64,000 bases of DNA from Rhina ancylostomus. Taxonomy: Eukaryota. The notes beneath the pieces are model-generated. The model was not told the DNA's origin. It saw only the letters and a program-made list of their open reading frames with translations, and made no database searches. Positions within the stretch are counted from its first letter, which is position 1. Each line of letters starts with the position of its first letter. Of the stretch, positions 1 through 12,290 are shown piece after piece. The stretch lies in assembly GCA_030265395.1 (NCBI GenBank), contig JARFYF010000065.1:5840253-5904252 (forward strand). The letters are read 5' to 3'. The translations under genes and the position numbers were made by a program.

Positions 1-1818
1 CTGGATTTAAAGTTGCATAACATTTCTACTCTTATATTCAAATCCTTTTGCAATAAAGGATGGGGTACTGTTTGCCTTCCTAATTGCTTGGTATAGCTGC
101 ATGTTAAGTTTGTGACTTGTGTACAAGAACACCCAGTTCCCTCTGAATGTTAGTAGTTTTCAGTCTTGCCATTTTACAAAAACTATTTCTATTTTTTCTA
201 CCAAAATAGATGACCTTTCATTTTTTTGTATTTTACTTAACCTGCCTATGTCCCTCTGTACTCATAGCCTACTTTACCTCTTAACTTTTCATCAGATATA
301 TTACACTTGATCCCCTCATCCTAATCATTGGTATAGATTGACATTTGGGGCCCCCAATACCAATACTTGTGGCGCCCTCCCTATCTCAGTCATCCAGCCC
401 AAAAAATGACCAATTTCCATAGTCTGTTTTCAGCCCATTATCAGTCCACACCAGTCCATTAACCCCAATACTATACACTCTAATTCTGCTTAATGAGGGA
501 AACCAGAGAGTTCGTAGAAAAACAAGAATATAGAAACTCCCTTGGCATCTACCTCAAAGTCCTTATTGCACGGTGAATCTGATTCTGCTACATTAAAGTA
601 ATATTGATGATCTTGCTAAAGAATAACTCATGATCTCAACTGATTGCAGACTAAGTACACTCACTCAGGTAGGTGGGAAGAGCATAAGTGTGAAGAAGTT
701 GCTATTCCTAAGTCACTGTTCTAATGGAAAATGTCGACGGCTGTGCATGAATCATTATTAAATATGCCAAAGGTCATGGACTGTAAATTTGACAGAGATT
801 CCTTTGCTGGTGCCAGCCTCGTGTGCAGTTTTAAAATCGGCTTTTCCCTTTTAAGCAGCCACGTGAGCTTGTGACAGATTGAATCTGCCCAACGTATGAG
901 CANNNNNNNNNNNNNNNNNNNNNACAGATATTGGTTCTATTGTCAGCTGCTTGCCAAGGCATGTTAAAATGAGTTAAAGTGATTGGTTTTGCACAGCAGG
1001 AAGTCAGACCTTCAGAATCTGGTCTACCTTGCAAAGAAGCCACAATCCTGCCAGGTTTTGTTTTTGGTAAAATAACATTGCATATTTTACTTTTGTAATT
1101 TTTTTAAACAGCAACAAGTATAAACATTAGAACAATTTGAACATTTGGGTTTCGGTAAATCTCAAAGGTCAAAGTATTATTATAGTTTTGTAATTTCTTG
1201 GGATCTCGGTTTGGAATCTTGATTAATGGAAGGATACTGTTCATTTTCCTCCTCTCTGCTGTTTAGGTCCTAAATTAATAATTTGTTATGTACTTTGTTC
1301 CAGATTAATCAGATACTCTGCTTACCTCTGTTTTACGTATGTTTTATATTTTTGTATTTTAACTCCTTGCATGCCAATTATTATCATCTATTTGATGTCC
1401 ACCCCACTCCTCCCACACTCCAGGATAAAATATCCAAGGCTTTACAAATCTTGCATTGCACAATTTCTTCTGTATGTCCCTCCCCATCACTTCTCCCAGG
1501 ATAAGCATAACACAGCTTGGGAATCTCGTTCAGGGAATTATCAGCTTCAGTCCAACTTGTAATATATTTGGAGTTTGGAGGCACTTAAATGGTGATAATG
1601 CTCAAGCTACAAAGTTGGTTGTGTGTGGGAATTCGAAATGTCACACTGAGTAAAGGAAGGTTTGCTCCATGTTTGATTTGTTTGATGTCTCTGGGTGACA
1701 TAAATTGTTTCATATTTTTTATATTTTTCCCCCCACTTCCCTCATCTAACCTCCAATTTGCTTCTTGACGACCTACCCTTCAAAGTAAAACTCAGATCAA
1801 GTTTGTTTGTTTTGGTAG

Positions 1819-2373
1819 CAGTTGATCAACCCAGCAAAGATGTCCGTTGTGAATTCTGTGGTGAATACTTTGAGAATCGCAAGGGGCTGTCGAGCCACGC
1901 CAGGTCACATCTGAGACAGTTTGGGGTGACGGAGTGGACGGTGAATGGTTCACCAATTGATACACTGAAGGAACTGATGAAAAGGAAGGGAAAGCCTGAA
2001 CCACTTGGCCACGAAACCAATCAACGGGAGCTGCAGCAGGAGGCTCAGAACTACCAGTATGAGGAGAAACCCATTTCTAAGCCATTTGGACAGATCATCA
2101 AATCGCCAGTTAAGGAGATGCAGCAGAAGCATCTGACGCCCCCAGCTAGAAAAGTATTGACCTATACATCTAACAGCCAACATCCAACTGTGTCGCCTCT
2201 GGGAAAGAAAATACCTATGGGTTTTGTGTCAACTGCATCGCTAAAGAAATCCATGTCAGATGAAAGAAGCATGCCACAAGAATTGAAGCCCAGCTATACT
2301 ACAGAATCGGGTTCCTATAAGCCGAAGACAACTTGGTCTCCACAAGAGAAGGTGACGACGACACCGGTAATTG
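1819..2373 (+). CDS. WIZ: WIZ internal exon with C2H2 finger CEFCGEYFENRKGLSSHARSHLRQFGVTEWTVNGSPIDTL
   Basis: WIZ-type finger followed by the GVTEWxVNGSPIDTL motif. Acceptor tttggtag|CAG (NAGNAG, alternative start 1822), donor ATTG|gtaagt, phase 1-1. Confidence 0.93.
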
Positions 2374-4099
2374 GTAAGTCAGACTACTTAGAATACTATT
2401 TGCTTTCACCATCCTGCATGTTTGGCACCAAATGGTGGGCCAGTGGGCAAGCTGCTCTGTACTTCTGGCACTGCTTCTCAGCAGCTGGTTACAAGAAAAA
2501 TTTCCAGGGTACCGGATTCTTTCTCTCTCAAGTCTCTCTTCCTTGCAGTCTGGTGTAAATGCTTGGCATTTCTTCTCTGCATCCTCCAAGCCACGTAGCC
2601 GAGGCTAGGGATCGGATTGCTGAAGCAATCTATCACCCACTTCAGTCCCCTCTCAAAACTTTTATTTAAAAACAAGTAATTTAGTTGCTACAGGAGTGTA
2701 TGGATACCAGCTGCCGATTGCACTTTGCCACACCATAATGCAGCTCATTGCAAATGCACTACCCTGTGTTGCTGTAACTACATTTGTACACTGTCCCTGT
2801 CAGAAATTTACAGATGTCATGCATCTCTTCTGAGGATGTCAATGGACCTTAGGAAGGCTGGATATATTTGTGCCACCCTAGCTGCCCTGAGAGAGCGCTG
2901 GACTACCTTCACAGGCAGTTACAATTAAGTTGCATACTAAATCACCTTAGAAAATGTCAAGACTTGGCATAGTGAGGAGTGAGAACCAAGATAGGAAAGT
3001 AGGCAAAAGGCACTTTTATGGTAAAAAGTATTTTAAAAACATTAGTTGCTTCTTTTCTGTTTTAATTTAGTTTTTGAGATCAGGTTACTGAAGCATTTTT
3101 TTTCTCCCATCCATTTCATGCTCTGCAGTTGTCTCCCTAAACATATTGTTTTAAAAAGTAATCTCATTGTTATGAGAGTGAAAATTGTTCACTGTGACTT
3201 CTGTATGCTGACCTGGCCATGCATGAAAGCACACCTCAGGATAACAGAAGGAAAGGACAGTAGCTGAAGCTAATTTGAACAAGATAAGATGTATTGCACA
3301 GCTGAAAAGGCAGTGACATCTCAAGAAATGACCTGATAAGCTGATGTTTTCTGGACCTATCCCCTTAGCAGTAAAGACAGATAAGTGCACAACTGTCAAC
3401 TTGTGTTGGCATTTTAAAATATTTGCAAATGATGAGAATACTCTTATATTCTGAGAGTAGTAATCATTTTCTTTATTGAAAAGGATTGGCCCCAAACAAG
3501 CTTGATTTTTAGGTATCATGCTGAATTGGTAACCTGCTTGATTATCTTTAAATTTTGGAAGGAGCTTACAGTTTCATTTGAGTTTCTACATTGAGTTTCA
3601 CCTGTTCAACTCTCCTTAATTCTCAGTGGTAGGAACATACAAGAGGTGAAATAACTAGCTCAAATCCATTAAGAAGCCATTTTTATTCTATTGAACGTTG
3701 CCAGATATTTGGATGTCTTATGGTATAGCTGCCTGGGGGGGGGGGGTTCGGGTCGGAGCTGCCCCGTGTAGGGCGGGGAGGTGGGGGGTTCGGGTCGGAG
3801 TTGTCCGGTGTAGGGAGGGGGGGGGTCAGAGCTGCATTGGCTGGCGGCCGCAAGTTAACCCCCCCCTCCCCAAGCACATGCTCCCCGTTCCTTGGTGGCT
3901 CGGCGACCCGCACCGGGATCGCCCCTTTCCCCGCTCCTCCTGCCAGCAAAAATAATCGTCGTTGATTTGATCTTATGCTGAGGGCTCTGGAACATTCTTA
4001 AGCACGGAAGGGTCTGGAAACCTCGTTTTGTTTAAGGAGAGGCCAAAGTCGACAAAGACGGCTTTAAATTGTCACCAAGGCGGGCAGTAGATGTGGAGG

Positions 4100-4677
4100 G
4101 AGACACTCGGTTAATGTTTCAAGTCGTCAGAACTAGGGAAAAAGTTGAGATAAGCGGGATGTAAGGTGCAGGGAAAGAGGAGGGAAACGAGAACAAAAGG
4201 CAAGGTGTGTGATAAGATGGAATGCAGGAGCAGTTAAATGATTAAAAGCCCCGATGGTGAAAGCGCCACAGTAACGTGAAAGATGGGAATAGGGGCAAAC
4301 GATCAGTTTGGAGGAAACGTAAATGAGAACCACTAGATCCAGTAGGAAGATGAAATTAGGCTTGTGAAGGTAGAGAGTTAGGGTGACCAATGACTTAAAA
4401 ACTTGGGACCTTGCAGCCCAACGGCATGAACATTGAATTCTCCTACTTTAAGTAATCCCCACAACCACCACCAATGCTTCTTCTCTTCTCCCCTTTCCTA
4501 GCTCTTTTTTTCTATCCTTTTTTTTTCCCTTTCTCTCCTTGCCTTTGACCTATCACCCAGTGGATCTGCTCTCCTCTCCTCTCCCACAACGGCCTATCGC
4601 TGTCTCTTACCTGCATTCACCTGTCACCACCTTGTGCCTACCCTGCCTCCCCTCATTTGTCCACTTATCACTGCTCT
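4100..4677. mobile_element. Penelope-like element fragments in inverted arrangement
   Basis: 4402-4455 on + reads LGTLQPNGMNIEFSYFK*, a GIY-YIG C-terminus typical of fish/shark Penelope elements, followed by a pyrimidine-rich tail. The purine-rich opposite-orientation piece lies to the left. Confidence 0.55.
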
Positions 4678-5704
4678 NNNNNNNNNNNNNNNNNNNNNNN
4701 NNNNNNNNNNNNNNNNNNNNNNNNNNNNNNNNNNNNNNNNNNNNNNNNNNNNNNNNNNNNNNNNNNNNNNNNNNNNNAAATGAGAACTATCTCTCTTAGT
4801 GATGTGGAATAAAGCAAACTCTTTATGTGAAAAGACCATCCTTGTTTTATGTGTTTTTTCCAGTTTCTCTGTCTCCTTCAGGCACTGGCTTTCTCGTTTA
4901 CAGGTCTAAGGTTGGGACCAGTCCTTTATGTATGCATTCTTCACATTGGAGCCCTAGACTGAGAATATCTACATGGAGAGCAATGCAACTGAGCTTGATC
5001 TTGCCCGAAGTCCTCTCATACATCATTGTACAAGAAATCAGGAACAAAAATCCCAACAGATATTCTTTTAGGCTCCTTCTGTCCCACAACAGTATCCAGG
5101 TGGTCACCATCACTTGTAGTTCTTTCACTTTTCCTTGGCTGAGACCAGCTAATTCAACATCGAAACCACTGTCTAGTATCACAGAGCCATTTTCTTTGCT
5201 TACTCAGCCAACAGCAAAACCCACACTGAAATCTGTGATTCACTTCTCAGCAGATTCATGCATCATAATCCACATCAAAATAGGGTGGTAGGATGTCCAA
5301 TAGCGGAGTTCAAAAAGGGTTTTCATAACATGACAGAATTTTAAGCTTGTGTAAGCACAGGCTTATTAGGACATGGAGTGTCCTCTCTGACATAGGGGAA
5401 ACAGAATCTCATAACTATACATTTTTAAAAGGAAGATGGATAAATATTAGATAAAGGTCACTTATAAAGATAGGCATGCTGATGATTGGGACTATGGTTT
5501 AATTGTTGGTGATCTGGCACAGGCTCAATGGCTGGACGAGCCACCTCCTGTGCTGCAAAATGTCTAGCTCAGCATGCACAGAGCAGACTACAGTCTTTAC
5601 AGCCGGGACTGTTGTATATTAATTTGACTTGAATGATAGCTGCGTAATGAAGCAGCTGGAGTCGCATTAACACATTGATCTGTGTCCTGGTCTCTTCCCT
5701 GCAG

Positions 5705-6193
5705 CCGCAGATACTTGCTGCGAATTATGCGGCCACTACTTTGAAAACCGGAAAGCTTTAGCCAGCCATGCCAGAGCCCATCTCAGACAGTTCGGGGTGA
5801 CTGAATGGCACATCAACGGCTCACCGATAGACACCCTGAGGGAATGGATCCGCCAGAAGCCCAACATTAGCCCGGGTACCTCTCTGAACTGTGTGCAGGA
5901 CCGCCCCCTTCCAAAACCCATCAGAAACAATATCAAATCTATGGTTAAGGAGTTGCCAGGGGAGCTGTGTTCACTACCAGGGGGTAAGACGGTGAAGTTG
6001 GAGCCAATGCAGCCCAAAACAGTAGAGCTGGGCTTTCCGGCCTCACCGGTGCAGAAGAATCCAGAGACAGACAAAATGCCTCCGACCGAGTGCTACACTC
6101 CCACAGATCTGAGCCAAAGCAGCATAACTGAATGCACTCCAAGCTCCTCCATGCCATCTGAGGACGAGGAGCCACATCCAAAGAAAAAGAGAA
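5705..6193 (+). CDS. WIZ: WIZ internal exon with finger CELCGHYFENRKALASHARAHLRQFG, a PTDLS motif and a basic PKKKR end
   Basis: Acceptor cttccctgcag|CC, donor AGAA|gtaagt, phase 1-1. The finger matches the penultimate WIZ finger as I recall it. Confidence 0.93.
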
Positions 6194-7533
6194 GTAAGTT
6201 TGTATTTGGTATTTTAGCAAAACATTTTACAGAATTTAGAAGAAAAAGGAAAAACAAAAATTGGTCACTTGTTTCTGTGCAGCGTTCTCATCTTAAAGGC
6301 GTAGGTTGGAACTGCAGATAAAGACAGGCTAACTGTCAGATTTGACCTACCACTTTAAGAGCCAGTTCCTGTGAAGCCCTTTTAATTTTAACCACTGGGC
6401 ATAGGCTGCTTAAAAGTAAGGACTTCAACTTGACATTTTAATTTTTCCTCCTCCTGTGGTTTTGGTGCAGAAGACTAGTTAGAGAAGGGGGTGTTATGGC
6501 AGATAGTTAACCCTCACTAACAATCTGCTGGACCTTGTAAAACCATCTTCATAGCATCTGACTATTTAGAAGCCGTAACTTCAGTTGTCTTAGCAGCTGA
6601 ATGATGTATCAGTGTTGGAATGGGGAGAGGTTGGAAGTTCACCCAATATTTATAATGTCCCTTTAAAGTTGTACAAATGTTCCCTTGCGTAAATCCTAGA
6701 CAAGCTAGTACACTGGCAGTTGTTTAAAAACTCCTAAGAAAATGGACCAATGGACTTCTAACAGCAAATTCTGTTTGATTTGACCTTGATATTTTCCTGT
6801 ATATCTTTTTTTTAAAACAAGAGCCATTCTATACAAACCTATATCCCATAATCCATGATTACATAGCATTCTCAATTTCCAGTTCTTTAAATTATTTGTT
6901 CCCAGTATGTGACCACTGATGGCAAGGCTAGCATTTATTCCCCACCATTGATTTTTCTTGAAATTGGTAGTTGAAAGTTCATCCTCAATGTTGAAAGTGG
7001 TCTGTTGAATGAGCTCTCTGTTTAATGCACTTGCATGTTTAAGTGCACTGTAACTCTTGACTTTCAAACTAAACCATTGATGCTATAACCAGGACTATAA
7101 TCTTCCCAATATTTTCACATTTTTTCAACTTTCTGCCATGGCTTTTCTTTTCCCTTGGGGTAGAGTTGTGAGGAAATAGATTTTTCCAGCACATGCTCAC
7201 GGATCTCAGCAGCCTTTAGAATGAAAGGCCATTTGATCCAATTTGCTTTTGCTGTCAAAAGTGCTTTTTAAGTTTATCATCTTCCATAATCCTTTGCCCA
7301 TAATTTTTTAAGTTATATAATGCACAGCATCTCAGTTCTTGAAATAAGAACTGGAAATCAATTTTTTATTGTCCTGTTCTGCAAATTTTTTGTGCACTCA
7401 TCATTTGCATTATTTTTACAAGTCAATCATGCTATTCAGAGCACTGGAACTCCAGAGCATTGAATTCTTGGAGACGAAGATTTGTCACAATTGCCGTTAA
7501 TGATTTTTTTCTTCCCTTTCATGTTCTTACTAG

Positions 7534-7596
7534 GCAGTGACTCAGATTTGGGTCCTGGCCACAAGCATTCCTCCAGTAATTTGTCGAGTCATGCGT
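7534..7596 (+). CDS. WIZ: Candidate small WIZ exon (SDSDLGPGHKHSSSNLSSH...), 3' end obscured by an N gap
   Basis: Long pyrimidine tract ending cttactag|GC. Open in phase 1 up to the gap at 7597-7617. Donor cannot be confirmed. Confidence 0.35.
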
Positions 7597-10319
7597 NNNN
7601 NNNNNNNNNNNNNNNNNTGACTGTGGGAGATGTTGCAGCCAAGCAGATTCTGTGCAGTGTGAGAGGGATGAATCTGGGCCCAGGATAGTCATGTGTGCAA
7701 GATCACTGAAGCACTCGCGGAGCAGTTGTGATTGAAAAGCACCAACTTAATACACTCCCTAAGTCACAAAAGCTAGCTCGGGAGCAAACAGCCATCTTTG
7801 TCTTGAGCTGTTAATTGACGTCATACATCTAGAAAGCTGCACTACCCAGCTCCATTGATTCTGTCTCACCTTGCAACCCTCTGAATTTTTTGTTTACTAT
7901 CCAGCCAATGCTGTTTGTGTAATAATTCATAGCAGTGGATATCATTATGTGTAATGTTGCTTGTGGTCTTTCAAAGCATTCAAGTGTAGTGTGACATGGT
8001 ACAGAAAACTCATTATTTAACATCACCTTCTTCAATCTCTGACCTACCCAGATTACTGCAACCCACCTCAGAAAAAGTTACCAAAATTGGTAAGGAGTGA
8101 TTGGTCTGCAGTCTGCTCTGGTTTCAGATGGTTATTCCAGTTTTAGGATCTAAAATCATTTAAATACCTCTGAGACATCACTGTTTTGAAGTGATTCAGA
8201 TGCAGATTAGTTTATTGTCATATACACCAGTGTTCAGTGAAACTCCTTGCTCGCATGAAGCTCTCAGTATATATCACAAGTGCACATCACAGGGCTGAAC
8301 ATTGTACAATGCAGTTACCCACAGTCACTGTTTTAAAGTTAATTTTGCTTAGGATGATTTCCCTGTGAATGTTCTGCACAGGCACACACACAAACACCAA
8401 AAGATTAACTTAGAACAAATAAGCTCTCACTTTTGCAAGGACCAAAGCCACAAATTAACTTGAATGTGATGGCTGCAGATGGGTAATTACCATAAACCCA
8501 TCTGAGAAACAAAATCTTATTTGATCACACTGCCTTTATTGAATGTGTTGACAAGCTTGGCAAGTATTATTGTGAGTGCATTGCTCTTGTGAGAGGCATA
8601 ACATCGCCCTTCTAAGTGGAGCAGACATTTGAAATTATGAGATTTGTCAGTGTTCAAAGTATACTGACCATATTGTGGCATCCACAATCTTAGTACAGTA
8701 TTTTTAGTTCACCTAGATATATACAGACCAGGAAGTGCACCCTTTTGTTGAGCGGCGATATGTTGGGGTTCAGTCACAACACACGTGTCTCAGCCGTGGT
8801 TAGGCGGCACTTTTAACCAGCCATACACAAAGGATGGCTGATGAAATTTATGTAATGAATACTAATTTCCATTAATCTTTTCTCTCTGCTTTGCACATAA
8901 AAGTAGTCTGAATTTTATGGTCTTTAATGAGGATGGCCTTTGCTTACATGTGCTTAGGTGCACTGGCCATAGTTTTGCCCATTTATTAAATCAGTCAACA
9001 TCACTTTGTACACTATTTACTAATCCTTTTGCCTGGTTAGCAAACTTGGATGTTTGGTTCTCCAGTATGTTATCTCAGTCAGTAATTAGTGACATTCCCA
9101 AGTACAGACCCTTTTAGAATACCACTAGTCAGTCCCATCTTGACTACCTGCCCATTTTCCCCGCACTCTTCCCTGCCTTATACTGCCTAACCAGCAGCCT
9201 GAACTGATCAATAGTATGCCTTCAATCTTGAGCTTTACTTTTAACTCGATGACTTCTGTGTTATCTGATCAAAACCTTCTGGAAGTCGATAAAGAATAAA
9301 TCCATAGACATTTCCATGCCATTACTTTAGTTAGTGTCACTTGACGTGCTCTACCATCTTGGCTTGATATCTTTAATTTGCCTAAATTTCTGCAAGTAAT
9401 TTTCTGTGCTGAAATATATATTCCAATAACTTGTCCAAATTGGATGTTACACTAACTGTACATCCTAGATCCTCTATTTCAGCATTCCTAGATAATAGTT
9501 AAGATATTGTTTGCTGTTAGTTGTCTGGCACTTGTTCCAAGTGATTATTTTCCATGTGCAACCTTGATGGTAGATATCAGCAAGCTATTTATCCCTACAG
9601 AATGATTGAGAGTGCAGAAATAACATTATAGATATTTCCCCATCCTGTTCCTATCCAGAATAAACACGTGCAGACATGTATTTGTTTATTAGTTCTCGCT
9701 GAACAGTGCTCATGAGCAGAAACCTTTTCCTTTTCCACCCTTTCCCTCGTCTCTGAAGACTTGATTACAGCTGCTAGCCAGCATGTGTGTACCTCCTGGT
9801 TAATTTCAGCTAACCAGTTTCACAGAGCTGCAAAACTTCTGCTTTGCACAGCTCAGCTTTTTATTGCCTTCAAATGAGTCTGTTATTGTCGGTGATTCTG
9901 TGAATCTAACTGTTCAGTGATAATCCAGTATAATCCAGAGAAGACCATATACTCGGTGGTGGACTGGAAAGACATCATCTTGACACATTGGCATCTGTGT
10001 CACAACTGGGTAGTGATTTTAAAAAAAATACAGTCAGAATATAATGCTACCATGGTCCATCCATAAGTTTTTCTGGATCCCTGGGAGCAGGACAGGGTAA
10101 TTTTGTGGCTCTATGCTTATGTGTTTCAAAAGCCTTGTTACTACTACCAAGTTAATTTAGTGTGTCCATTTGAATAATTAAGCTTCTCTCAATGTTTAAA
10201 TTCCTCCAGTCCATCTCAATTGAAGAAAAATCCACAACATACTTCTCATCTACTTTAGTAGAATCCCTATCAAGTTTACCAGCAGCTAAAGCTCCAAAGC
10301 ATTTATTTTTTGCATTCTT

Positions 10320-10480
10320 TTATAGTCATAGAGTTATACAGCCCAGAAACAAGCCTTTCAACCCAACCCATCCATGCTGACTAAGATGTCTATCTGAACT
10401 AGTCCCATTTGCCTGTGTTTGGCCCATATCCCTTTAGGCCTTTTCCATCCTTGTACATATCCAAGTGTCTTTCAAACTTT
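10320..10480 (-). mobile_element. CR1-type LINE 3' tail fragment
   Basis: Reverse complement resembles the CR1 3'UTRs at 37260-37400 and 63330-63440. Confidence 0.55.
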
Positions 10481-12164
10481 CAGAGCCATCACTTCTGATG
10501 CTTTCATGTTCAATGTTCATCTAAGCTGCCTTAAGGTTAGACACCTTGATGGAAGTTTATCATTTATATGTGGCTCTTTGTTAGACCTATAAATTGGTCA
10601 GTTGCATGGCTGCAAATACCAACACCTTTTATTGTGTAAGATTTATTTCCTTGAAAATTGGAAGACTGCATTCCATCTGTAGATGTTCACAGTTGTCCCA
10701 AAATAATATTTGTTTAGTGTTTAGTGTTATTCTTGGTTACATGCCTGACTGTTTCAAGAACACTGGGCAATATGATGGCTCTTTATTACCATCTGAACTG
10801 AAGCTGTAAATTTCTATGTCTCTGTGACCCAGTACTCCCAACAGTAAATGAACTAAAACCTCATCTTTGGGATGAGCATCCATTCATATCAACTTCGTGA
10901 AGGAATTTGGGAAACTTGTCTGGTCCTCGTTGCTTTGGGCCTTCATTCATCTTCTGCATAATCTTAATTATGTCTGTCAATTTGTGATCTTGGATTTCTT
11001 CCTTCACAGAAGAAAGACATGTACACTTTAGTTTTCTTGCATCTGAAAAGAATTTCTAAGATCTTTATTTGGCATTCTTTTTAAGTTGCCAAATTTTACC
11101 TTGGACTTTTACATAGCAAATTTGTGTTGCAATTGTCAATGTAAAATGTGAGTTCAGATTTCGCCACATAATTTGAATCCTGGTGGATTAGGAGTTTATA
11201 AAACTAAATCCTTGCAGATGGTCAGAAGCCTTTGTTTTCAGACCAAACTCTATTCTCAAGACACTGACTCCATTTTACTTCTTGGCAACTAGCAGAGGCT
11301 GAATCAGAGTTTATACAACCTACTTCAGCCTGATATGAGCTTCCATCACAGGTCAGCCCATTGTCCTATTTCAGTTTTATATCATTGCCTGCTCCACCCC
11401 TACCTCAGCTCTTTTGCTGCAACTTTCATGCATCCTGTTTTTACCTCCAAACTTCACTGAATTGTTTCTGTTCTTGCCGTCCTCCCATCTTCCAGCTTGA
11501 CCTTGTGTAAAATCCTGCTACCCCTGTCCTAACTTGTCCTAAGGCCCACTACCCATTTAGTGTTGTTGATTTTTAATTGCCCTATCAGCTTGGGGGTAGT
11601 TAGCAATGGACAATGAAAGCTAGTGACGTTCACACCCAACTGGATAATACTTTTTTATTAAATGGCTCATAATATGGCAAAACAAAGACTTCAAATTTCT
11701 GTCCTTGTTTATAAATCCTTCCATGTCCTTCTCCAACCCTTTTGCTATAATTGCCTTTAATCCTAAAACTCATATGATCATACTTAAAGAAATTCTGACC
11801 TTGTGTGCAAACTAGATTTCTATAATCATCAGTCTTTCCTTCAAAAGGACCCTGAGCCTTCCTTTGGTATTCTCCCCCTAAATTATTACACTTCTCTTTC
11901 CTCCTGCAAGATGTTTTACAACCTACTTCTGTCCAAATTCTTGGTCTTCTGCCCTAATGGTTCCTTGATGTGATTTCTGTCAAATTTTTGTCCTTAACAT
12001 TCCTGTGGTTTATTTTGTTTCATTAAGGACATTAGTGTTTCAATGCACAGATTGTCCGAAATAAATGCAAAAAAAATCTATAGAATTGTTGACTTTATGC
12101 CACAGTATACATTTATCTGATTACTCAGCTCCATTATTAGACTAATTTCAAATAAAACATTGAT

Positions 12165-12290
12165 AAACAAAATCGTACAGATGCTGGGTATCTGAAAGTG
12201 GTTACTCATCGGTCAGACAGCATCTGTGGAGAGACGAGCAGAGTGGAAGTTACGGGCTGACATCCCTTCATCAGGAAGGGTCACTGACCT
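12165..12290 (-). mobile_element. Penelope-like terminal repeat fragment with degenerate hammerhead-like motif
   Basis: cagatgctgg...cagcatctgtggagag...cccttcatcagg, the same family as 18325-18566. Confidence 0.5.

Noticed and set aside
4827-5291. 154-aa + ORF and 94-aa - ORF in a WIZ intron
   Set aside because: No recognisable domain, and the phase-compatible reading from the nearby acceptor hits a stop quickly.
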